Origin: Tubulanus polymorphus
Lineage: Eukaryota > Animalia > Nemertea
Length of the DNA: 64,000 bases
Reading direction: 5' to 3'
Assembly (NCBI RefSeq): GCF_964204645.1
Contig: NC_134028.1
Location: 26,656,345 to 26,720,344, forward strand
Below, piece after piece: positions 40,330 through 51,724 of this stretch. The translations under genes and the position numbers were made by a program. A model generated the notes under the pieces. That model was given only the letters and a program-made list of their open reading frames with translations. It was not told the origin of the DNA and did not search any database. Positions within the stretch are counted from its first letter, which is position 1, and each line of letters opens with the position of its first letter.

Positions 40330-40575
40330 TAATGATAAACAAAGTCCGTACTTGTTTCTGATAAGCTAATACATTTAGCTTATTTGAACTCGACGTTTCG
40401 ACTTTATACTCATAGTCATCTTCAGAAAAAGAAGATCTGCGAGGTCAATTGCATCCATACCATCCTGTAGATTACCAATTCCTGAAGATGACTAATATGA
40501 TATAGTCGAAGCGTCTATAAAGTGAAATACACTTCTAGCTTAAAGGAACATTTCGGACTTCATTTTTATCATAAA
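40330..40575. repeat. Imperfect inverted repeat with a hammerhead-like core on each arm (Penelope-like remnant)
   Basis: - strand 40425-40392: CTGAAGA-T-GACT..AGTC-GAAA-CGTC. + strand 40482-40515: CTGAAGA-T-GACT..AGTC-GAAG-CGTC. The outer flanks also pair. Confidence 0.55.
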
Positions 40576-40829
40576 TGTGGCATTCTATATATCGTCATCG
40601 CAATACAGTCGTTGCAGTGCTTCAACAAGATTAACAGGTATTTATGTATATACTAAGTGTAACACTGAACTCACTGCGCTGTCACTAATTAGTATTATTC
40701 GCATTCTACGAAGTTTTGTAACTAATGTACATTTCTAATTTGATTAGATAGAATAGTATATGTCTATAACCACGAATCTTTGGTCAGCATTCTAGTATTT
40801 GTAGTTCAGCCGTGTCGTGTTTTGATGGT

Positions 40830-43800
40830 ATGGATGTAATTGACCTCACATATCTCACTTTAACCGCACCTGCTGTCGTAGAAGAATTCGAGAAAATAGA
40901 AGACGGAAGTCAATATGCTGATGATACAGATTTAGAAGATTCTGGTATTGTTATTTAGAATTACATTATGGAATATATCAATCTATGAAGTTTAGTTCAT
41001 CGAATACGAAAACCGCCTATCAGTTGAGAATCCTAAATATGAAGAAAAATAAGAATGAGGTCTCTTTGACAGGTATTGATAAGACATATGAAGCAAGGGG
41101 ATATAGAACAGGTGTTGAATTGTATCATGATGCATGTCATAAGCTGAATATCAATCCGATACGAGCTATTACGAACGTCTTTAAATGCGATCACATTCGT
41201 TTACAACATCTTTGTTTGAAACATTCGGATATTCTAGCGTTAGCGCATGCCAACGAAGTAAGTAATGGGAAAATTGGTAACTCCATGTACTAACTACACG
41301 CGATAACAATGTGTATTAAATGCCTATACAGTAAACTTCGCCTAGCTCGGATAAACTGGGACTGGCGGAAACATTGGTTCGAGTTATACGAAATTCCGAG
41401 TAAAGAATGTACGCTAGAAAGTCAGATAACTTTTGGTTTTTGCTTGAGTTAATCAAATTTCAAGTTGGACATGTCAGCATTATTCTATGTTAATTGTATT
41501 AAGCAAGATACTTACCCACTATTGATACGAATTTTGTTGTTACATCAAGCGTTTAAATTGTGAATAACTAAGTTTTATTTGTCGTTTGCCAATTATAGAT
41601 GCAATCATCACAATCTGTAGCGTTCAAGTCACTTCTACTCGATGGTAATAATCTAGGTTATAAAGGTATAAAATACGTCACTTGGCTGATTGAGGATTGT
41701 CCGAAAATAACTACATTAGTAAGTTAGCTGAAGTTTCCTACGATTTGTAAATGAACCATAAATCTTTGTTTGTTTTGCTGCAAATGTTTCTTCCCATCCG
41801 CAGAGTTTAAGTGATGTACATATGTCCGCGAATAACGCAACCAGATTGATCAGCCTTTTTCTGAGTAACAATACATGTGTGACGTCGGTCGATTTATCAG
41901 GTAAAATTAACTGTTTTAAAGGCGGACTCGTCAGCACGTCAATAAATTGTTTATGACACGTTCTTTTCTCTGTTGATAGGTAGTAAATTCTATTTCACGC
42001 ACAAAACTTCGCTACTAATGTAAATGATATCAGCTTCATCAGGTGAACGCGACTCATTCACCTGATGAAGCTTCTATACATTAGCGATAGCTCGTGCGTC
42101 AAATAAACTAGTTACACCTTTACAATACTATTCGTTTCGTCATTACTTTTTCTGTTGACAGAAAATGGATTCATCTACGAAGACGCTAAGCATATATCAC
42201 ATATGATACTCGTAAGTTCATCTTACAAGACATAAAACACGATGGGCAAGAAACATCATTGATATTCTTATTCTTAGAATATTTGATCGTTCTTCTTCCA
42301 GGCGAACTCCTGCATTACAGATCTTGATTTAAGTCATAATCTGCTCGACGATGAATGTTGTAAGCTGCTATCGAAAGCGTTGGGTAATTAATATATACTG
42401 CAGTCGAATGTCTCCGATCCATTCTTCGCTCAATTTTGATGGTGCATCATTTTCTTTGCAGCTAGAAACGACACGTTGAGAAATCTAGATCTCGGTTGGA
42501 ATATAATCCGCATGAATGGTGGGAGGGCACTGGCCGGAAGGTATCTTGCAAAGGTATCTTAAAAACAATTCCTAGATGAGTTCACCTTTTTGACAGGGAT
42601 TTGAAACTGATGGTATCGCTGGAGCCACGGCAAGAAACCCTGCCACAATAGACCGAGTGCGCAGGTACGTAACGTACGTACGCAGGTTTGTTGCAAGTTA
42701 ACTTACGGCTCCAATCAGATTTCCCGTTGTATAATCTCGGAGAAAAAAATTTCACGGATAAATAAATGGAAAAACCTAGGCAAAAATAAGATGGGATTTC
42801 TGATTGGCTAATAATGACATCATCTAAGCTGCGCGCTCGGTCTAGTGTTGCAGGGTTTCGTACCGTTGCGAGTCTCGGTGCTATCAGGTTAGAATCTTTG
42901 CCGGAGATTTTCGTATTTTTCGAGACGGTTTATTTTGTTTTTCGTACAATAGTCAACTACACGCCTGGAGAAATTGCGCCTGGCTATGAATGGATTATCG
43001 GATACGGGGACCGTCGCATTCTGTAAAGCTCTCAGGACAAACCGTCATTTGAAGTCATTAGATTTATCCCATAATCGTATCAGCGATGCAGGCGTCGTCC
43101 GCATATCGAGAATGATCAAAACGAATTGTACATTGACGTCATTGAATGTGAGTAAATGTACATCTTTTTATTGAACACGATTTCTGAACGTCCTCGATTA
43201 ACTCGTACAAGCTGGAACCAGCAAAATTGATACGAGGTAAAAGTGAAGTCCGAGTTAAGGATCTAATAATTAAAATAGGGAATAGAAGAAAATGATATCG
43301 TTATTGTAAGAGTAGGACCTAGTTTACTCGATCTTGGTACAGGTTGCAGGCACGGATCCAGGACGAAATCTTAGGGGTAGCACAAAATCGAAAGGGCAGG
43401 CAATATTTCAAAAGGGCACTATCCCTTTCAGATGCAATTTCCAAGCACTTTCCACCAAATACATGCATAGTAATAATTTTCGGGGGAAAATCTAGAGGGT
43501 AGCACGTGCCCCGTGTGCTACCCCTCTAGATCCGCGCCTGGGTTTACTGTTTTATAATTCTAAATGTGTGTTTATTGATTTGTACCCGCCTCGTTATGCA
43601 TCATCCTACGGAGGTAGCCGAGCCTTAAGGTATCGGTATTAGTTATTAGCTCCAGATCAGTGGTTCCTCGTGCGGGTTTCGAGGTTCGAATCTGTTCCAC
43701 GATACATCTCGTAAACTGTGGCATTCATTCTAGAGATCATTTTGTTCACATTTCAGATATCTAACAATCCAATCAGATTAAGGACCGTCCACATTTTACT

Positions 43801-44194
43801 GGAGAGTTTACGGAATTGTGAATCTACCGCACTTCAGATGTTAGATATATCGGTAGGTCATTACTGAATCTAAGGCTGTTTTCGATTTTGTTCTACTGGA
43901 AGATTTATCGGTTGAAGATTACTGCAGTCACCGAGACGGAATAGACAGAAACTCCCAAAATGCAGAATATTTTGAGAAAGCAGATAATTCCTATCCTAGA
44001 AGAGCAAAATCGATATTTACCGTTTTAGCTTAGAGTATTTTCAGATTTGATTCGTTAATCCGTTGCTCGTTTGTTTTTAGTCTGTTCACATCGACATGAC
44101 GACGATGGACTTGTTGAAGAGCGTCTCAACGAGACACGCTGGCTTTGAATTGAAACACAATGGTATACTCGGTGAACAAGTCGATTTATCTTGA
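40830..44194 (+). CDS. LRRC74: RNI-like leucine-rich repeat protein, LRRC74-like
   Basis: First exon contains DDTDLED; second has LYHDACHKLNINP..IRLQHLCL. LRR exons include LLLDGNNLGYKG, VDLS-ENGF, LDLSHNLL, LDLGWNII, LRLAMNGL, LDLSHNRISDAG and ISNNPI. Last exon 44081-44194. Confidence 0.8.
41991..42105. repeat. Hairpin of two back-to-back degenerate hammerhead-like motifs
   Basis: AGCTTCATCAGGTGAA...TTCACCTGATGAAGCT with paired outer arms. A related single copy is at 27340-27375 (CTGATGAAGC..AGTGAAATCTC). Confidence 0.55.
43347..43540. mobile_element. hAT-like MITE
   Basis: TIR CAGGCACGGATCCAG...CTAGATCCGCGCCTG with GGTTG/GGTTT flanks; same termini as 30028-30226. Confidence 0.7.
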
Positions 44195-44285
44195 AGAAAT
44201 AATCGCCTAATTATTTCAATATCGGAAACAAAAATTCTATTTTCAAATACAAAAATTCAATATACATCGTACATAGATGAACATT

Positions 44286-47200
44286 TCATACGGATGGATT
44301 ATTCTTAGGTAGATTACGTTGACGCACATCTGGTCTTCCCGGTTCTTCTGCCGTTTGTTCATCATCAACATTGCTATTTCGGTCGCTTCGTCGTTGCTCA
44401 GTACTGTCGGGAACACTACCATCTTCGGCATCCTCATCTTCGGTTAACGCAGCCGAATCTCCATCACCTATCGGTCGGTCGCGTACAACCATTCGTTCCT
44501 TCGCAACATTATCTCGGCCAGTGTTATCTACAAATGAAACGTAGGATAAGCTCACGAGTAATGGAACAAATATGTTTTAAGATAAGCCGTAATTCGAAAA
44601 CTAGAAATGATAACTAAAATAAACGTGGTGCCCTTCAAGCAGTTTAACATTTTACCGATCTTCTTCCTTCCTTTGATCACTAAAACGATGATAACACCAA
44701 CAAGGACAGCTATAATTACACCTGAAATATCAGTACATCACCGAATAAAAACATGCATAAAACGTCGCTACCAGAGATGTATCTATAATTACATATAATG
44801 ACATTGGAACCTTAAATAAGTTTCAAACACCGTTGTAGGGATGATCAACAGACTATAATGACTAATACTCACCCATTAGAAACTCTCGGTTCAAGTAATC
44901 CTGTAATATTGATAATACAATTATAAACGCATTGTTTGATGTACATAAATCAAGCCTGAAGGGTGGAATGTAGACTTACATTTTCAGAGGTAACACGTTT
45001 CACCGTTTGTGGATTAGGATGAACCGTACAGTTCATTCGATTCGATTTAATTGTTTTCAATAATGTTTCTATTCGTGTTTGCGACTCGTGAATCTTAGTT
45101 ATAGACGGTAAGATATTCATCTTCAATTCATCCACATCATTATTTCTACGTTGATCGTCCTGCATTCCGCTCACAACCACTGTTCGTAGGTCATCGACTC
45201 CTTTCACGATGTCCGTCATATTTTTACACTACATCAAAAGCAATGCAAATTAAACACTTCTAATGGAATACTGCAGGATAAGGTAAACTTTGCCTTATAC
45301 CGTTGACGAATTATTTTCATTACTCAATGACAGTTTTTTCTTTCTAAAGTTTCTCACCTCAACGATATTTACAGGTTTAGCTTTATTACGATTTTCAAAC
45401 TTGGATTCGAATGTCGGAGTTTTTGGTAGGTTGTTTTGTTCGAGCTTTTGTTTCAAATTGTAAATTTCCTCATCCTTTTCGTTTAACTAAAACGTTAATG
45501 ATAAGCAGTGGTTGTGAACGAGAATGCAGGGCGTTTATCCAACTGATGAACGTATCTAGACTATGAAGCAACAGCTACAGATAATCGTATTGCGTTACTT
45601 GACATCTGTGAAAGTAACAATCTGCAGCCCGTGTACCCAACCATTCTAACATACGATATTTAAAGGGCAAAGTCTGGCCGATATGTGATTCTCCTATCCA
45701 TGGTATCTTAGGGTCAGGTAAAAACTTTCATTCGTGCAAAAAGTAATTAATTATCAAACGAATCCCTTGTGTCCAGATAGGAATCTACTGTGGCTACGCT
45801 GAGAAAGCGGATTGGTAGGTGTTGGTGTGGACCATTTCATTAAGGATGGACCTACCTGAAATCGATGAGTTCCACGCTCCCTATGAAGGTTAGTTTGCAA
45901 TTCACGAACCTTAAAAAATAATATAAACACATCATGGAATTTCATGATTAGGTGTAACGATTAAGAGAAGTGACAATGAAATAACGCCCATTACACTAAG
46001 TCCACAATGTCGAGTTCAGCAGTTATACAACTTGTCATATGTAAAGCTGTCCTCTTCCCCAAGTCCTTGGGCGATTTGTATTCCTTACGTTGTATTTTCA
46101 TCCCGTTGCCCATGTTGGATGAGGTATTACTGATCACCAGTCCCCACCGGACTGATCACCAGTCCCCACCGGACTGATCACCAGTCCCCACCGGACTGGT
46201 CAACACAGAGACCAGACAAACTTAAGAACTCCAACAGTCACTACTGGTCCATGGTCTAGTGGTTAGCGTGCTCTACTGGCATTCTGGAGGTCGTTGGTTC
46301 GAGTCCCGCCAGGGTTAGGGTTACAGACGAGCTAGGTTTAGGTTAGGGTATAGCATCAGGTTGACTGGAAGCTAGGGGCACTGTCGTGCTAGGGTTAGGG
46401 TTGTTTGGTAGCTGGGGTTGGCTTTAGTCGCTGTTTTTCGCCAAGACGATATTTTTTCCTTTTTAGTGATATTTTCAATGAAACATTTCTCAGTTGTTTG
46501 GATTCTTCAGCTTAACTTAGATCACCCTTACGTTCGGTCGGCGATTTTCTTAAAATCGACGATCATTTCGTCACCCTTACGAACTGTTACCTGATGAATC
46601 ATAAGGGCAAGCCGAGTAAGGCTGAGCGAGGTGACAGTGAAATTACACGCACTGATCACCGGGGATCGAACCCGGGTATCGTGCATAGAAATCGAGCGTG
46701 TGCTAACTAGTTAACCGATAGAACTAGTCCACGTGGAAGGAACTACAGATATTATACCTAGTTACCTCATTTTCCAGTTCGTAAATTCTATCTGCATTTC
46801 TTGTCTTCTCTATTTTGTAATCTATAATTGCGGCGTCGACCTTAAGTTTTTCTTTCCTGTTATTTGAGAGCTGAAAAATGGTTAACACGATTCAGTAGGC
46901 TAGTATAGTATTGCACATGCAACTTGGGTGACAACTTGAGGAGGGCACCGGGTACATATTTGAAAAAATAAATATTCAGATATCTAATGAAGTGCCAAGC
47001 TTGTTCTATAAACTCCAGGGCCCAGTTTCACGAAAAAGTTTACGTCTAAAATGGTTAAGTTTGAATTGTTGTCCTCATCGAAAACATGAAGTAACCACTA
47101 TGGCAATTACAACAAAAATTTGAGTTAAACTTTTTTGTGAAACTGGGCCCAGGGCTAAGTTTCATAGATGTGGAAGGAAAATAATCCGTGAAAACATTAT

Positions 47201-47815
47201 TAGATTTATCAGTTGTTACCATGGTTTCTCATTGTTACTGAGGTGGTTGTCGCCCAGATTGAGGATTTACCACTAGGGATAACTTTAATACTCAGTCTAT
47301 GAAACCGGGCCCAGGTCAGATATGTACCGTATGTAGGACAGACACTGAAGCAGTCGTCCAAAGATAGCCTTGAAATACGAGCTTGTGGTGCCTTCACGAC
47401 AAGACGTTTGTATCTTCTAAAACAATGGCCCACATTTTCAGGAAAAGAACTGACAACGACGCTACAGAATTGATTACTCAAAGCCTATACATACATCTGT
47501 TTTGCAGGTTTCATGTCTGGTCATCTCAGTTTGGTAATTAGTTTCGAGATTCCGTTTATCTCGCTCTAAGCCCCGTCTATCGCGCGAACACTTTTCTAAC
47601 AGTTCCGCATCCTGGTCGCATTTTACGTTTCGATCTTGTAATTGTGTTCTCTGTTGATCGCACAACTGTCGAAGTTCTTGCTCGAACTTTAAGTCTTTTT
47701 TCACGTCGGCTAAAGAATTACCGAATACACCACTAGTGAAAACCTCTCCAATAATGAACAACAATAAAGTCACGAGCCAACAAAATACATGAGTCACAGG
47801 CGTTTTCATCATCAT
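44286..47815 (-). CDS. Unrecognised type-I membrane protein (~397 aa): signal peptide, long coiled coil, TM helix, acidic tail
   Basis: Exons 47815-47495, 46870-46766, 45909-45856, 45486-45358, 45228-44980, 44900-44873, 44721-44656 and 44527-44286 are all GT-AG and phase-compatible. TM FLMGVIIAVLVGVIIVLVI is followed by KGRKK. Confidence 0.82.
46128..46420 (+). mobile_element. tRNA-like (SINE-type) element preceded by 3x22-bp repeats and followed by TTAGGG-like repeats
   Basis: (ACTGATCACCAGTCCCCACCGG)x3, A-box TGGTCTAGTGG, B-box GGTTCGAGTCC, then GGGTTAGGGTTA / GGTTAGGG units. Confidence 0.55.
47019..47149. mobile_element. MITE (PIF/Harbinger-like), CAG TSD
   Basis: TIR GGCCCAGTTTCACGAAAAAGTTTA...TAAACTTTTTTGTGAAACTGGGCC, flanked by CAG on both sides. 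Confidence 0.8.
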
Positions 47816-48505
47816 ATCTCTGTCTCGCTCAGGCAATAAACAATGATAAAAAGCTGAAATTGATAGAAATCTTGAATTTAAGTGAATTCTATAGAAACAA
47901 TCAATAATCGAGTGACGCAATTAGATGCAATAATAACAATGATGGATGTGTAGGGTTGGTTGGTCTGGTCTTGTGAACTGGGTCGCAATAACGACATTAA
48001 GAGTCTTGAGTCACAATACCAATACTTATACACTGTACAATACATAATACACTTCAACACATAGATATTGGCATAACACAGAACATTACGTCTACGTTGT
48101 GTCTGGCGCAGTAGTAAGTAGTTACGTAAATTATTCTTTAGTAGCTAATGAGAAGTAGTGTCAAATATGTTGTTAAAAAAATAAACTCACCCCATCGAAA
48201 TCCAACGTCGAACTGTCGAGTAACAAAAATCAGTGATCCAGATTATCTTAGTGTTGATATCACACAGAACTCACACAGGCGCAACACAATGGAACACTAC
48301 ATCACCGACTGTAGGGAATCCCCGAACTATCGATCGACGTGTCTATACGCTGTACTGTGAAAGCTTAATACGGGGAAATTGGATTTCCCCAATACGAGGT
48401 AAAGTGAATTCTGGTTTCATTTCGGGTACCTGGCGGCACTGACTCGACTTGTCGACGTGTTTATAATCTAGCGCGATATAAGACTATTACACTAAAGGCA
48501 GTAAA

Positions 48506-50174
48506 ATGAGGTATGACGATAGGCGCTGTGTAGATAGATGTAAAGGTTCATTCTAAATGCGTTTCAGGATAGGTTTAGGGTCCATTTTACCGCAGCTTTA
48601 GGCAAGTCAATCAATTCTTTGGGATATTTATCTTAATCTTTTACTCTAGAGTTGAAATATTGGAAATGAACTGTTTTTTAGATGAGTAACTTTAACCCAC
48701 CACTTCACGGGCATAACTGGTCTCTGGGTTTGAGCTATGTTATTTATTGTTTAATGCACTCTTGTTTCAGGGTTCTACAACATGTAATAGTTTTCACGCT
48801 CACGGTCGGTTTTTCGTATGCTGGCTGGTTTTCATGTGATTGTAAACTGCATCAACTGGAACATTGTCGTAGACAAAAAAACCAACTTGAAAATACTGTA
48901 AGTACCAACATTGCATTGCAAGTGTTAATGTCTATTTCAACCTGACTTGAGAGCATTCTGGGTTTTCATTTTTGATAGTACATACCTGATAAAGGTCTTA
49001 GTAGGATCAGAAAGGACAGGCAGTCGACCTTACACATCGTTTTTTAATCCATTTGAAACTGTATTGAAGGATATCCAAAAAGTCTTCACTGAAAGGGGTT
49101 AAATGAAAAGAAGTGACTCCATGATTTGAAAGTTTAACAATATGTTTCCATGCCTACCACACTATTTTGTCATTTTCAGTTGGGGGATATACGTAAGCAT
49201 CATGATGATGAAAAGAGAACTCTGCAGAATGACAAGGAGACTGAAAGAAACAAAGCTTACCAGGAAAGGATTGTACGTTTGATTTTACTAGACAATTACG
49301 ATCGGTACAATCTATTTTTCTAAAATGTGAACTATCTAAATACTAGCTCATGTAAAATGCGTTATGAATATATGTACATTTCTAGGACGCAATGAAGGAG
49401 ACTTTTGATGATTATAAAACATTGAATCAGAAAAGGGAAAAAGCTGTGAAGCAAGGAATTAAGGCCACAATCAAAATGGAGTATGAAAAAAAGGACAAGG
49501 AACGTTTGCAGAAAAATCAAAGTAAGTTACAATGTAAAGACGACCTTAAGAATGATTAAATACTGGAAAGGATCCGATAGATTTGATCAAGTAGCTATGA
49601 TGTTTAATTTTTAGCCACGCTCATTGAAATATTGGTGATTGTCAGTGCCGTCTTACTCATCTTTATAATTGTGGGATTCTACCTTTATGGACAGCAGAGA
49701 GAAAGAAATGTAAATCTTCAAAGTCGATTAACAGAGGCACTGGAACAAACAAACAGAGAGCGTTTGATGCATGTGAACAATCCCATCCAAGCAATAAGAC
49801 ACAGTGTTATGGAAACAGGTACTTATTTGCATATAAAGGTGTAGTTCTAATCATTCATGTCACGGTCATCTTTATTAGTTAGTGTTTATTTAGGTTATGT
49901 ACAGAATGACAGCATCCCAGTGATGTTCCTTAATGACTCGATGTTATCACCACAAAAGACACTCGTAATGGCGGCGCTGAGCAAGGATAATATCAACGCG
50001 CATGCGTGCGAGGTATCTGAATACATGAATCAACCTTTCGCTGTTTTCGTGATCCCGAAAAGGGACAGGTACTTGGTTCTGAAGATGCGTTCTGCAATTA
50101 AAATGTGTTCCCTGATTCAGGGTATAGATCAATTGGTTAATGAGGTGAAAACTTACAGAAACAAAAACAAATAA
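48506..50174 (+). CDS. Unrecognised type-I membrane protein (~281 aa): signal peptide, coiled coil, TM helix, cytoplasmic domain
   Basis: Exons 48506-48510, 48771-48897, 49180-49272, 49386-49521, 49615-49818 and 49894-50174 join in frame. Signal MRVLQHVIVFTLTVGFSYA; TM ILVIVSAVLLIFIIVGFYLY. Confidence 0.8.
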
Positions 50175-50554
50175 CCACCTTACTTCATTGTACAGTAGGG
50201 TACACGAAAATTTGTAGTTTGTTTTTTTTCTAGCCGTAACAGCTTGTCACCTCCAGTTCCCATACTTTTAAAGCTTGCTTGGAACATCAGTCCCAGCTTG
50301 CTATTGCGTTCACTTCAATGAAAAAGAAAATTGAACGCTTGCGTTTTTGTTTTGTGCTTCAAGCATATGAAAAAACCAAGCATAGAAAAAGTGTAAGAAA
50401 TAAGACGTGATTACATCTTTTCATACAAAAGGCAAGACTATCAATGTTATATTATAATTCATTATACGATATTATTGAGAATAGAACTACTATATCATGC
50501 ATAGAAGAAACAATATTCTTAAAACCTTCTTTATTTGGTCTTTTGAATCATTAA

Positions 50555-51678
50555 TTAGGAATTCATTTGTTGTTTGATCCAATTGACATATTTCGATACT
50601 CTGGTATATATACCAGGTCGACCGTTCTCTCGCCCGCACGGATCATCTCCTATTGATATGATACCATACAGTACGCGAACTGAATCATCTGTCGACCCAT
50701 CGTTTCTACTGCGAATGCACGTTAATGGTCCTCCAGAATATCCCTTAAATGAGAAACTGTCCTATATGAATAACACAAACAATAAACAGTAAACACTCGA
50801 GTACACAGAAATGCTTGCGGAGTCTGTGAAAATAAATTCACTCGATTGTCCATTCTGAGTTTCCAAAATTACGCCAAGTTAATTGGATTTGGATTCAAAG
50901 TAGATTCCATCTAAGTTGAACCTTTCTAAACCATGAAAATCCGTCGGATTTTGAGATATATTGAGCGTTCACATTTATAGTGATGCAAAAACACTTAAAC
51001 ATCGGTGTTACACGTTTATCCTAAACGGTTATCTGCCGACTTATAATACAGGGGCCGGTTGCTCAAAAGTTGGTTAAAGTGAGTTAACCAGTGGATAGTT
51101 GATATGGTGACAATTGAAATTTCATTGTTACTATGGTATTTAACGGGCGGTTATCTTTAACCAACTTTTGAGCAACTGACCCCTGCAATACAACTCAACG
51201 CAAAGCGACACAACCTGGTTACCTACGAGAAACTGGTTATACTTACCAGACATGGATCAGCATGGGCATCGACCGGGCTTACCCCAGCGCAAAGATGTGT
51301 GTCCTTAATGTCCAGTGTAAGATTCGAGTTTGGATTAAGGAACCACTTGTCTCTACATTCTTCGTTTGTCTGTACTCTCACTAGAAACTTCAGAAGCCTA
51401 ACGGCCCGGTCTGGAAAAACAAAACAGCAACCAAAACAGTGAGCAATTTATAGACTGGAGATTTTAGACGGAATTCATTTGTTATTCACTTCTTCTCGTT
51501 TTACGCCACGTTTAAATCAGTGTTTTTTTTCTGAAAAGTGAAATGTTTAAGAAAAATGGTGTAACTTGAATGGCATAAATGTTTCGATGTTGCCCGAATC
51601 CGTCATTTGTATATAATCGTGTTGTATATAATCGTCATTTGTATATAATCGTGTTGTAATTCGAGGGAAATAAAATTA

Positions 51679-51724
<46 letters not shown>

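Noticed and set aside
46246-46312. Functional tRNA gene
   Set aside because: The anticodon loop is oversized, the acceptor stem pairs poorly and there is no oligo-T terminator; treated as a SINE-like head.
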